Part shown: piece by piece, positions 10,440 through 22,006 of the stretch | Position numbering within the stretch: the stretch's first letter is position 1 | Layout: each line of letters begins with the position of its first letter | NCBI GenBank assembly: GCA_038087875.1 | Contig: JAXLNO010000554.1 | Span: forward strand, 1-39,792 | DNA: 39,792 nucleotides | Source: Malacoraja senta | Taxonomy: Eukaryota | Direction: 5' to 3' | Notes under the pieces: generated by a model | What the model was told of the DNA's origin: nothing | Database searches by the model: none | The model's input: the letters and a program-made list of their open reading frames with translations, nothing else | Made by a program: the position numbers and the translations under genes

Positions 10440-11561
10440 GGTATTGGGGGTTCAGTATTGATGTGGATAGAGAACTGGCTGGCAGACAGGAAGCAAAGAG
10501 TAGGTGTAAACGGGTCCTTTTCAGAATGGCAGGCAGTGACTAGTGGGGTACCGCAAGGCTCAGTGCTGGGACCCCATCTATTTACAATATATATTAATGA
10601 TCTGGGCGAGGGAATTGAATGCAACATCTCCAAGTTTGCAGATGACACGAACCTGGGGGGCAGTGTTAGCTGTGAGGAGGATGCTAGGAGGCTGCAAGGT
10701 GACTTGGATAGGTTGGGTGAGTGGGCAAATGCATGGCAGATGCAGTATAATGTGGATACATGTGAGGTTATCCACTTTGGTGGCAAAAACAGGAAAGTAG
10801 ACTATTATCTGAATGGTGGCCGATTAGGAAAAGGGGAGATGCAACGAGACCTGGGTGTCATGGTACACCAGTCATTGAAAGTAGGCATGCAGGTGCAGCA
10901 GGCAGTGAAAAAGGCGAATGGTATGTTAGCATTCATAGCAAAAGGATTTGAGTATAGGAGCAGGGAGGTTCTACTGCAGTTGTACAGGGTCTTGGTGAGA
11001 CCACACCTAGAGTATTGCGTACAGTTTTGGTCTCCTAATCTGAGGAAAGACATTCTTGCCATAGAGGGAGGGCAGAGAAGGTTCACCAGACTGATTCCTG
11101 GGACGTCAGGACTTTCATATGAAGAAAGACTGGATGGACTCGGCTTGTACTCGCTAGAATTTAGAAGATTGAGGGGGGATCTTATAGAAACGTACAAAAT
11201 TCTTAAGGGGTTGGACAGGCTAGATGCAGGAGGATTGTTCCCGATGTTGGGGAAGTCCAGAACAAGGGGTCACAGTTTAAGGATAAGGGGGAAGTCATTT
11301 AGGACCGAGATGAGAAAAACATTTTTCACACAGAGAGTGGTGAATCTGTGGAATTTTCTGCCAAAGAAGGTAGTTGAGGCAAGTTCATTGGCTATATTTA
11401 AGAGGGAGTTAGATGTGTCCCTTGTGGCTAAAGGGATAAGGGGTATGGGGAGAAGGCAGGTACAGGATACTGAGTTGGATGATCAGCCATGATCATATTG
11501 GATGGCGGTGCAGGCTCGAAGGGCTGAATGGCCTACTCCTGCACCTATTTTCTATGTTTCT
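10440..11561 (+). mobile_element. 5'-truncated young CR1 LINE (RT C-terminal half, uninterrupted frame, 3' UTR)
   Basis: [33 protein letters not shown] and RTRGHSL motifs, a (TTTCTATG)2 tail, and a 6-bp TSD ATGGGC (10434-10439 and 11562-11567). Confidence 0.93.
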
Positions 11562-12050
11562 ATGGGCCGAATGGCCTAATTCTGCTCCTATGACTTATGA
11601 ACTGATGAATATTGGACTTCTCTGTGAAGCACATTGTGTGAATCAGAGTGTGTATCTAAACCAGACCACACAGAGGTGGCAACTTGCCTTCCTCCCTTTG
11701 ACATGTGCAAACCATTTAGATTGTGAATGACAATCTGCCAGCACTCAGGATCAATTTCTTGTCTCACTGGTGTTTCTCACCTTAATCCTCTGTCCTCTGG
11801 TCCTCGATTCCCCTACTCTGGGCATTCACCCTATCTATTCCCCTCATGATATTATACATCACTACACGATCACCCCTCATCCTCCTGCACTCCAAGGAGG
11901 GGGGTTAGCTTAGCTTGGAGGGGACTTGTACAAGTTACCTTGGAACCAGACCCCAACAGGATTTAGAAATAAGGAACTGCAGATGCTGGTTTACCAAGGA
12001 AAGTCACAAAGTGCTGGAGTAACTCAGCGGGTCAGGCAGCAACTAGAGAC

Positions 12051-12422
12051 TCCTTGTAGCATAGGAGGATGAGGGGTGATCTTATAGAGGTGTGCAAAAT
12101 CATGAGAGGAATAGATCGGGTAGACGCACAGAGTTTCTTGCCCAGAGTAGGGGAATCAACGACCAGAGGACTTAGGTTTAAGGTGAGGGGGGAAGGATTT
12201 AATGGGAATCAGGGGTAAATCTCCACACAAAGGTTGGTGGGTGTATGGAACGAGCTGCCGGAGGAGGTAGTTGAGGCAGGGATATTGCAATGTTTAAGAA
12301 ACTGTTAGACAGGTACATGGATAGGACAGGTTTAGAGGGATATGGGCCAAACGCAGGCAGGCTGGACTAGTGTAGATGGGGCATGTTGGTCGGTGTGGGC
12401 AAGTTAGGCCAAAGGGCCTGTT
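12051..12422 (+). mobile_element. CR1-clade (HER1-like) LINE 3' fragment; an inverted fragment of the same family lies at about 11781-11897
   Basis: RRMRGDLIEV.KI motif, and a 3' tail (GGTCGGTGTGG...GGCCAAAGGGCCTGTT) resembling the HE1 SINE tail. Confidence 0.75.
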
Positions 12423-12425
12423 ACG

Positions 12426-12712
12426 AATGAATGAATGAATGAATGAATGATACATACAAGGAATTTGCCTTGGTGCTCTGCCCGCAGGTGACAACATGAC
12501 ATACAGTGACAGTTAGCAATGACACATAAAACATTAATAATAAAACATTGATTAAACATGTGAATTAAATAAAATAACAGAGCAAAAGGATGCTACAGAT
12601 GTTTGGTTATTGAGTAGATCTACTACTCGTTGAAAAAAAGCTGTTTTTATGTCTGGCTGTGGCAGCTTTGACAGTCCGGAGTCGCCTTCCAGAGGGAAGT
12701 GATTCAAAGAGT
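12426..12712 (-). mobile_element. Rex1-type LINE 3' end
   Basis: The minus strand gives LFESLPSGRRLRTVKAATARHKNSFF and a (TTCA)n tail. Confidence 0.7.
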
Positions 12713-13257
12713 TTGAATCCATGCTGTATTTAACCCTTTGACTCTATAACTAAGCGGGCCAGGTAACATCTCTGCAGAAGGTTAATAGGTGACGTTTTAG
12801 GTCGAGTCTGAAGAAGGGTCCCGACCCGAAACATCACCTATCCATGTTCTCCAGGGTTTGCTGCCTGAACCGCTGAGCTACTCCAGCACTTGGTGTCTTT
12901 CCCAACAGGATTTGACAGCTTACCAAGGGTTCGGGGGGTAGAAAGAGAGGGATTGGCAGGAACATTAACAGCAAAAAAAAAGCCAACATTTAAAATGACC
13001 GTATTTATGTTTATAAATCTATAATTGCCCTGGCTTTGTGTCGTGCAGACCTCACATCTAATCAACGACGATGAACTTTGACACGGGGAAAGATCCAATC
13101 TCAGAAAACAGAAGTTTTCTTCAACATCTGACTGTTTGTTTCTCCGCCTTCTGTTGTGTCGCTGATAACAGCCACAGCAGTCATTTGACCCTCTTGATTT
13201 ATTACACTGGGCACCGGCCTGAGCGCTGCAAGAAGTAAAATGGACTGCACTGTGTTT

Positions 13258-16200
13258 GAGGCTTGGTTTACTTCCAACGATGTCACTTCAGAAGAGTAGA
13301 AAAGAGCATTGTTCCTTACAGGTTGAGGAAGCAAGGGTTATCATACCCTATGTGCGTTGCTACAGCCAGCAAAGCCCGCTTCTAAAACGTACAAGGAATG
13401 TAAGGAGGCATTAATTGCTCATTTCACAACAAAACCAACAGAAATAATGCAAAGATAACGATTCTATACATGCACACAAGCAAATGAAACAATCCCTCAG
13501 TTCCTAGCAAGGCTTCGACAGTTAAGTGATGGGTGTAGTTTTAAGGAACTGGAGAATATGCTAAGGGATAGATTGGTGGTAGGATGGGTACACCAAAATT
13601 AACCTTTGAGAACCAGCCAATGAAGGAGCCTGGACTAAAGAAGACAAGGTGTCCACCAAGGGCATCCAGAGTCAAGGTTCAATTCTCCAAGAAGTGCTGG
13701 AGATGTGGCGGCAGCCATGAGCCAGCGACGTGTCAATTTAGAGATGGTAGGTGCTTCAGGTGCTCGGGAACGGGTCACACCAAAAGCCAGTGTGATGCTG
13801 TTAGAGCTTACCAACAGAGGAGGAGACAATTCCAGAAAAAGGCAAACCACTTGGAGGCCCCGCTGAGCCACTTGGAAGATGAATCGATCAACAATTTGAC
13901 AAACTCTGACCCGTATACAGCCACTGTGATAGTGAACTAGAAGTTGACACTGGAGGTCCATGGACTATCGTACCAGAAAAAGTCTTCAGAAAACTCGGTC
14001 AGGACCCCAGACTAGATCCCTGCAGCCTCAAGCTGAAATCCTACACAGGTGAGAAGATAGACATTTACGGACAAGCAGCGGTACAGGTACAGCTCGAACC
14101 TCACAGGAAGCCAGAAACGCTGACCCTAGTGGTAGTAAAGAAAGGTGCAAGCCTAATGGGGAGAGACTGGTTGAGGAAGTACCCTGGATTGCTGTCAAAT
14201 ATGGCCAGCCAGAACACGACGGATTCAAGCCTAAGTCCACCGAGTAGTAAACACAGTTTGCAAGATGCCATGAGCTCAATACTCAACAAGCACGTCATGT
14301 TGTTTGATAATGGCACCCATGGAGTACAGAAGGGATACTAAGCCAAAGTGTATCCACAAGACGAAAACAGTGGGGCAAAATTTGACAAGGCAGCCCCTGT
14401 TTCATATGCTGCTAGAAAGCAGATTGATGCCGCATTGGATGACTTGTTGCAGGATGGCATTATGAAGCCGGTGAAGACAGCAGATTTCGCTTGGCCGATT
14501 ATAGCTGTTACGAAACCGGATGGGAGCATGAGAGTCTGTGGCAATTACAAGCTCACAGCAAATAACGTGCTGAAAGTGGAACAGTATCCACTTCCAACGT
14601 TGGAGGATCTCCTGCAGGAACTAGAATGAGGAGCAAAGTTCTCTAAATTAGACCTCTACCATGCCTATCATCAGATAGAGTTAACCCTGAAGCTCGGAAG
14701 TTCACCACAATCAATACACACAAAGGTCTCTTCGAGTACACCAGGTTACACTTTGGGATATCCAGCACACCAGCCATGTTCCAGAGGACAATGGAGAGCC
14801 TGCTAGTGGATATTCCCATGTGCAAGCCGGATCTGGATGATATCATCATCAGCGGAAGGACTGACGAAGAGCACCTCAGGAACCTTGAGACCAGTGGGTT
14901 ACGTCTGAAGAAGGAAAATGTGCACTGATGCAAGAGTCAGTCGACTATCTCAGACATCGACTGAACAAATATGGTCTTCGTCCTCTTCAAGACAAAGTTG
15001 ATGCGGTGCGGGAAGCAAAGCGGCCTGTGAACCAAAGCCAACTCCAGGCATACCTCGGCTAACTTGGGTATTACAGGAAGTTTATACCCAACCTGTCACA
15101 GGAGATTGCACCGTTGTCTCTAATGCTGAAGGATGAGTACAGATCAGCAGATTCACAGAGTGGGAGGAGATGCAGCAAGCCTGACCCCAAGTTCACTAGG
15201 GGAAAGGAACAAGAGCAGGCATTCCAGAGATCCAAGTGTCTTCTTCAGAGTGATAGTGTGCTGACGCATTACGATCCAACCAAAACAATCTTTCTCCAAA
15301 CTGATGCAAGCCCCCATGGCTTTGGTGTTGTGATAAGCCATGTGGATTCAGATGGACAAGAACATCCGATAGCTTTTGCTTCACGCACTTTCAAGCCCAG
15401 CGAAGTGAACGACGCACAATATGAAAAGGAGGGTTATCCATAACTTCGGACTGAAGAAGTTCCACAAGCAGTTACATGGGAGGTCTTTCACCCTTGTGAC
15501 GGATCACCAGCCTCTGATGGGACTCTTTGGAGACCACAAGCCCGGCAGCCCAATGGCCTCTGCTCGCATAGCAAGATACCATATGATCCTGTCTGCCTAC
15601 AGTTACAAGATAGTCCATCGAGAAGGCAAGAAACACCAGAATGCAGATGCGTTGTCGCGCTTGCCGATCCACGAAGAGGACTCTTCATGGAACAACCCTG
15701 AGCTCACGGAGCTTGATGATGCATGAGAGACACGCATCAACTTGCTCACCGATATGGACACACACCCTGTTGATGCACAGGAAGTGAAGAGAGCCACCAA
15801 GAAGGACAGAGTTCTTTCCAAGGTGAAGAACCACATCATGGAAGGATGGCCAAGAGCAAGGAATCTTCCAGAAGAAGTAAAGCCCTTTGCCAGCAAGAAA
15901 GAAGAGCTGTCAGTGGAGGATGACATAATCCTGTGGGGACCACGAGTGGTCATTACAGATTATCTGGAGATGAGGACTAGAATCCTTGAAGAACTGCATA
16001 GCACACACCCTGGCGTCGTGAAAATGAAGGCATTGGCAAGATCATACGTCTGGTGGGCAGGAATCAACAAAGAGTTGGAACAACAGGTGAGAAATTGTCC
16101 AAGCGTCAGCAGAGTCAACATAGTCCTGTTGCAGCCCAAATCCATCTATGGGAGTTTCCTGAGAGACTGTGGAGTAGGATTCACTGTGACTATGCCAGCC

Positions 16201-17139
16201 TCGACGATGAGAATTTGCTGATTGTGGTCGATGATCATAGCAAATGGATTGAAGCCATTCAGGTGAGACACGCAACAGCAGCAGTAACAGTGATTGCCCT
16301 GAGACGGTTGTTTGCATCTCATGGGTTACCGGAAACGGTGGTGACAGACAACGGTACGCAGTTTGTGTGTGAAGAATTTGCCAGGTTCCTCAGCAGCAAC
16401 AACATCTGCCACGTTCAAACATCACCTAAACACCCGTCCAGCAACGGTCTAGCCGAAAGAGGTGTACAGACGGTGAAAGCAGGTGTGAAGAAAGGAAAAG
16501 GATCAGACCTGGAACTAAAGCTCCAGAAGTCCTAGTTGACGTAAAGTCACACCTCAAGAAACGACTGGAAAGTCACCCAGTGAACTGATGTTCAGACGAA
16601 AGATCCGCACTAAACTAGACAGTCTGCAACCCGATCTCGGCAAATCTGTACGAAGGAAGCAAGCTTCAATGAAACAGGCAGCAGATCGAGGAAGCAAGGA
16701 ACGAGTCTTCGAGGTGAATGATCATGTCATGGTCAAGAACTTCACATCAGGTCCTACTTGGCTTTATGGAATGATAGAAGAAGTCATCCGTGAAGTCATG
16801 TACAACGTAAAGTTGAGGGAGGGAAGAGTTGTGCGCCGTCATGTAGATCAAATGAGAGCATACTTCCCAAAAGGTGACGAGCACACCAACTTCCAGCAAA
16901 GAGAAGTGGTTCAACCAAGCGAGGAGCCAATGATAGTTATGCCTACTCCAACCGAAGGTGTAGATTCTGAAAGAACTTCAGAGAGTGACGAACTTCTAGC
17001 CCATTGTGATAACACAACATCACAACCAGAGCCTGATATCTCAGGTCACATGCAAACTCCAACACAGACAGAGAGACGCAGGTCTAATAGAACTAAAAGA
17101 ACACCTAAAAGATATGAGGATTTTGTGCTTTATAAATGA
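13258..17139 (+). pseudogene. Decayed Ty3/Gypsy gag-pol (gag with two CCHC knuckles, protease, RT, RNase H, integrase); no 3' LTR visible
   Basis: Gag: LRDRLVVG, CWRCGGSHEPATC and CFRCSGTGHTKSQC. Protease: SLMGRDWL. RT: KPDGSMRVCGNYKLT, FSKLDL, DLDDIII. RNase H: QTDASPHGFG, TDHQPL, HQNADALSRLP. Integrase: HSTHPG...YVWW, IHCDYA, VTDNG, SNGLAER. The PR-RT-RH-IN order is Gypsy-type. Many stops and frameshifts are present. Confidence 0.95.
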
Positions 17140-17694
17140 AAACACATGAAGCAATGTGTCATTTATTTGGTTTGCCACACCACGTTTATGGAAGATGGGT
17201 GGAATATTATGAAAAAATCATGTGCCAAGTTTACTTTATGCATGTTTATTACAGTTATGATGATCTGTAAGATGACTTTCATAATACGACTTGGAGAACA
17301 GTGTATTATTCAATTAGAATTGTGTAAAAGATCACTCTTGATCATACACTTGTAATCTCGTACACAACCACGAGTCTTTCACTCGGGGTACCTCCTGGGT
17401 CAACTCGCACCGTGAGACAGGGCTTTAAAACTCTGATCTTACTATCTTCCGGTTTGGCGGTCTTCCTATTTGCGCAAAAACAGTTCGCGATAGCGCTACG
17501 ACTTTTCGTCAGTTCACTCACCGTAGTGTGTTCCAGGTACTCTCCAATCTCAGTTTAAAAAAACCTGCCTGCACATCTCCTTAAAACATTGCCCATCTGA
17601 CCCTATATCTATGTTGTCTACAATTTGATATTTGGGAAAAAAAGGTTTTGACTTTCATCCCAACAACCATCATGCTATTGAACACAACGAATTT

Positions 17695-18195
17695 GCTATT
17701 GGAGGAGTGCAGCGTAGGTTCACAAAGTTAATTCACGGGATGGCGGGACTGGCATATGCTGAGAGAATGGAGCGGCTGGGCTTGAAATTTCTGGATTTTG
17801 AAGTATGAGAGGGGATCTTATTGAAACATATAAGATTGTTAAGGGTTTGGACACGCTAGAGGCAGGAAACATGTTCCCGATGTTGGGAGAGTCCTGAACC
17901 AGGGGCAACAGTTTAAGAATAAGGAGTAAGCCATTTAGAACGGAGACAAGGAAACACTTTTTCTCATGGAGAGTTGTGGTCTGTGGAATTCTCTGCCTCA
18001 GAGGGCGGTGGAGGCTGGTTCTCTGGATACTTTCAAGAGAGAGCTAGATAAGGCTCTTAAAGATAGCGGAGTCAAGGGATATGGGGAGAAGGCGGGAATG
18101 GTGTACTGATTGGGGATGATCAGCCATGATCACATTGAATGGTGGTATTAGCTTAAAGGGCCAAATGGCCTACTCCTGCACCTATTGTCTATTGT
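17695..18195 (+). mobile_element. CR1 LINE 3' fragment
   Basis: GVQRRFT, RGDLIETYKI and LWNSLP remnants with a (CTATTGT)n tail. Confidence 0.85.
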
Positions 18196-19334
18196 CTCCC
18201 TCTTCCCCTCTCCTCTCCCCTCCACTCCTCGCCTCTCCTCCACTCTCCTCACCTCTCCCCCCCTCCTCCCCTATCCTCTCCTCCCTTTTCCTCTCCCCTC
18301 TCCTCGCCTCTCTTCTCCTCTCCTCCCCTCTTCTCCCCTTCCTCTCCCCTCCTCCCCACTCCTCACCTCTCCTCTCCCATCTGCCTCCCTCACCTCCCCT
18401 TCCCTTCCCTCTCGCCTCACCCCCCACTTTCCTCGCTCCTCCTCTCCTATACTTTCCTCTCCTGTCTCCCCTTCCTTCTACTCTCGTATCCTTCCCTCCC
18501 ATCTCCACCTCTCTCCTCTCCTCCCCTCCCCTCTCCACTCCTTCCCTCTCCTCCCCTATCACCTCCCCATCCTTACTTCTCCTCTCCTTTACTTTCTTCT
18601 CCTATCTCCCGTCCCCGCTTTTCTCACCTCCCTTCTTCTCTACTCTCCCCCCTCTCGTCTACACACCTCATCTCTCCTCTCCTCCTCCACTCCCCTCTCC
18701 ACTCCTCACCACACCTCCACTCCTCCTCTCCACCCCTCCACTCAGCTCCTCTACTTTCCTGTCCTCTATCCTCCTTTACTCTACTTCTCCATTCTTCCAT
18801 CTGCTCTCCTCCCCTCCCCTCCTCTCCCCTCCCTTCTCCTCTCCTCTACCCCCTTTCCTCTACTTCCCCTACCTTCCACCCTCCGCTCTTCGTCCCCTCA
18901 TCTCTCCTCAACACCCTTCTCTCCCCTCCTCTCCTCTGCGCTGCACCCCTCATCTACTCTCCCACCCTCTCATCTCCTCCCCTCCCCTCTCCTCCCCTCA
19001 ACTCACCTCTCCCCTCCTCCCCTCTCCTCTCCACCCCTCCTCTCCTTTCTACTCCTCGCCAATCCTCTCCTCCCCTCTCCACTGCTCTCATCTCCTCTCC
19101 TCCCCTCTCCTATCCCCTCTCACCCCCTCGCTCTCCCCATCGCTCAAATCCTGCACCAAAGATAACTGAAATATGGTGCAGGTGAGAGATTGTCTCCTCT
19201 TCTCTCACTTTTTCTCTCTTCTTCTCCCCTCTATGCTTCCACTCCATCTCCTCTCCCCCTCTCTTCTCTCCTCTCTTCAACTCACCTCTCCTCTCGCCTC
19301 TCCCCTCCCCTCCGCTCTTCCCTCCCCTCCTCTC

Positions 19335-19562
19335 CAGGGCCGTCTTAACAGCATTATAGGCCCCCGGGCAAAGCAGTGCACTGGGGCCCCTACACTTCCA
19401 GTTTCTTTATGCCGAATCAAATATGCCGTCATGCACTTGCCATGTTCTTCTCCGTTTTCATGTTCTACAATAATATTCTACAAGACATAGATTAGCATGG
19501 GGCCCCTATGCTCGTGGGCCCCAGGCAACTGCCCAGCGTACCCATGTGTTAAGATGGCCCTG
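19335..19562. mobile_element. hAT-superfamily MITE (228 bp)
   Basis: TIR CAGGGCCGTCTTAAC...GTTAAGATGGCCCTG (14/15 match) and a perfect 8-bp TSD CTCCTCTC (19327-19334 and 19563-19570). Confidence 0.88.
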
Positions 19563-21794
19563 CTCCTCTCCACTCCTCTCCTCTCTCCATTCCTCTCCCC
19601 TCTCCTCCCCTCCCCTCTCGTCTCCTCTATTCCCCTCTCCTCTCCTCGCCTCCACTCCCCTCCCCTCCCTCTCCCTCTCTTCTCCCCTCCCCTCAAATCC
19701 ATCACCAAAGATAATTGTAATATAGTGGAGGTGAGCGATTCTCCTCTCCTCAACTCTCCTCTCCCCCTCTCCCCCTCATCTACTGCCCAACATCTCCGTT
19801 CTTTTCTTTCCCTCCCTCCTCTATCCTCCATCCCTCCCTTTCCTCCCCGCCCCTCCAAACCAGCACCAAAGATAATTGTAATATGGTGGAGCTGAGAGAT
19901 TTGTCTCCTCTCCCCTCCTCTCCTCTCCGCTCTTCCCCTCTCCTCTCTTCACTGCCCTTCAATCCCCTCATGTTCCTTCCTCTGCTCTCCTTTCCCCTCC
20001 CTCCCCTTTCCCCACAACTTCTCCACTCTCCTCTCTCCTCCTATACACCCTCCCCTCCCACTCCTCTCTTAGCCCCCCATCTCCTCTCCTCTCCTCACCC
20101 CTCCCCCCTCCCCCCTCCCCCCTCCCCCCTCTCATCCCACTCTCTTTTCCTCTCCTCTCCCACCCATCTCCTCTTTCCTCCCCTCCCTCTCCCTCTCTTT
20201 CCCCTTCACACAAATGCAGCACTAAAGATAACTGGAATATGGTGTAGGTGAGTGATTGTCACATCCCTTCTCTCCTCCCTCCGCTCTTCGCTCCCGTCCT
20301 CTCCACCTGTCTCCTCCACCCATCTCCTCTCTACCCGTCCCCTCTCCTCTCCTCTCCACTCTGCCCCTTTCCTCTCCCCACCACCCTCCTCTGCTCACCC
20401 CTCCAAACTCCCCTCTCCTCACCATCCCAGCCCTCTCCGCCCCTCTCCTCTCCTCATTCCTCCCACTCACATCTCCTCCCCTCTGCTCCCTTCTCCTCTC
20501 CCCTGCTACCAACTCCCCTCCTCTCCCTCCACCTTTCCCCTCCTCCCCTCTCCTGCTCTCTCTTCTCCTCTCATCATCCCCTCTCCTCTCTCTTCTCTCG
20601 ACTCCCCATCTCTCTATCCCCTCCCCTTCACCCCTCTCCTCTCCTCTTTTCCTCTCCTCCTACCCTCCCCGCTCCTCCACCCCTCTCCACTCCCCTCCCC
20701 TCCACACCCCTCCCCTTTCCCCATCTCCTACCCCCCCTACTCTCCCTTCTCCTCTCCTATCCTGTCCTCTCTTCTCCTTCCCACAAATCCATCACCAAAC
20801 ATATTTGTCATATGTGGTGGCGAGAGATTGTCCCCTTTCCTCTCCTCTGCCCCCATCCCCTCATTCCCTCCTCTCCCCTCATCTGCTCCCCTCTCCTCTC
20901 CCTTCCCACTCCTCCCCTCATCTATTCCCGCATATCTTCCCCTCCCATCCTCTCTCCTCTCCTCCATACCCCTCTTCTATCCTCTCCCCTCCCTCCCCTT
21001 TCTGTGCCCTTGCTATCCTCTCCTCATCCCCTCCTCCCTCCCTCCCCTCAAATCCAGCACCAAAGATAATTGTAATATAGTGGAGGTGATTGTTCCCTCC
21101 TCTCCCCTCATCTCCTCTCCCGCCCTCCCCACCCCTCGCCTCTCCCTCATTCACTCATCTACTCCCCACATATCCTCTCCTTTCTTCCCCTCTCCTCTCC
21201 TCCCCTCCTCTTTGCTCACTCTCCCTCTCCCCTCACGTCTCCTCACTCTGCTCCTCCTCTCTCCTCTTTCAACTCCCCTCCTCACCGCTCTTCCCTCCCC
21301 TCCCCTCTTCTCTCCGCTCCTCTCTCCTCCACCTCTCTCTTCCCCTCTCCTCTCCTCCCCTCCTCTTTGCTCCCTCTCCTCTCCCCTCACCTCTCCTCAC
21401 TCCGCTCCTCCTCTCTCCTCTTTCCCCTCCCTCCTCACCGCTCTTCTCGCCCTTACCCTCTTCTCTCCGCTCCTCTCTCATCTACCTCTCTCTTCCCCTC
21501 TCCACACTTCCCCTCCTCTTTGCTCCCTCTCCCTCTCCTCCCCCTCTCCCCCCTCCTCTCTCCTCCACCACTCCCCTCTCCTCTCCAGCTCTCCACCCCC
21601 TCTCTCCTCTTCATGCCACTCCTCCCCTCTCCCACACCTCCCCCCTCTCTCCTCCCCTCTCCCCTACCCTCAAACCCAGCACCCAAAAAATTTGCAAAAT
21701 GGATAGGTGAGAGATTGTCTCCTCTTCATTCCCTTCCCCTATTCTCTCCTCTCCTCCCACCTCTCTGCTCCCCTCAAGCTCCCGCTCCCCTTCA

Positions 21795-22006
21795 TAGGTG
21801 CAGGAGTAGGCCATTCGAGCCTGCACCGCCATTCAATATGATCATGGCTGATCATCCCAACTCAATATCCTGTACCTGCCTTCTCTCCATACCCTCTGAT
21901 CCCTTTAGCCACAAGGGCCATATCTAACTCCCTGTTAAATATAGCCAATGAACTGGCCTCAACTACCTTCTGTGGCAGAGAATTCCACAGATTCACTACT
22001 CTCTGT
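21795..22006 (-). mobile_element. CR1 3' end fragment
   Basis: Reverse complement of the 3' end of the CR1 copies at 11330-11550 and 25375-25595. Confidence 0.85.

Larger units (their letters stand above)
9395..11600 (+). mobile_element. Older CR1 3' end broken into three pieces (9395-9513, 10371-10439, 11568-11600) by two younger insertions
   Basis: The pieces join into a CR1 3' end (...GCCACAGAAGGCTGTGGAGGCC...GGGGAGAAG|GAAGGAGAATGGGG...GATGGGC|CGAATGGCCTAATTCTGCTCC). Confidence 0.7.
11965..12900. mobile_element. Penelope-like insertion with inverted termini, carrying nested LINE fragments
   Basis: Flanked by a 13-bp direct repeat CCCAACAGGATTT (11952-11964 and 12901-12913). The left and right arms are opposite orientations of the same terminal repeat. 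A CTGAAGA...GAAA core lies at 12808-12831. Confidence 0.6.

Noticed and set aside
10395..11492. 365-aa ORF as a functional reverse transcriptase gene
   Set aside because: It is a 5'-truncated CR1 copy lacking the endonuclease and RT N-terminus. Its start codon comes from the flanking older repeat.
13049..13081. Possible terminal exon TSHLINDDEL* with a KDEL-like end after TGCAG
   Set aside because: Only 10 codons, a modest acceptor, and no upstream exons identified; compatible with chance.
17140..17400. 3' LTR of the large Gypsy element
   Set aside because: No polypurine tract and no match to 5234-5392. The region instead runs into a Harbinger-like TIR remnant (about 17390-17425) and a Helitron-like 5' fragment (about 17427-17520).
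19690..19742. V(D)J recombination signal interpretation of the cassette (23-nt core)
   Set aside because: There is no CACAGTG heptamer or ACAAAAACC nonamer, and no V/J segments nearby.
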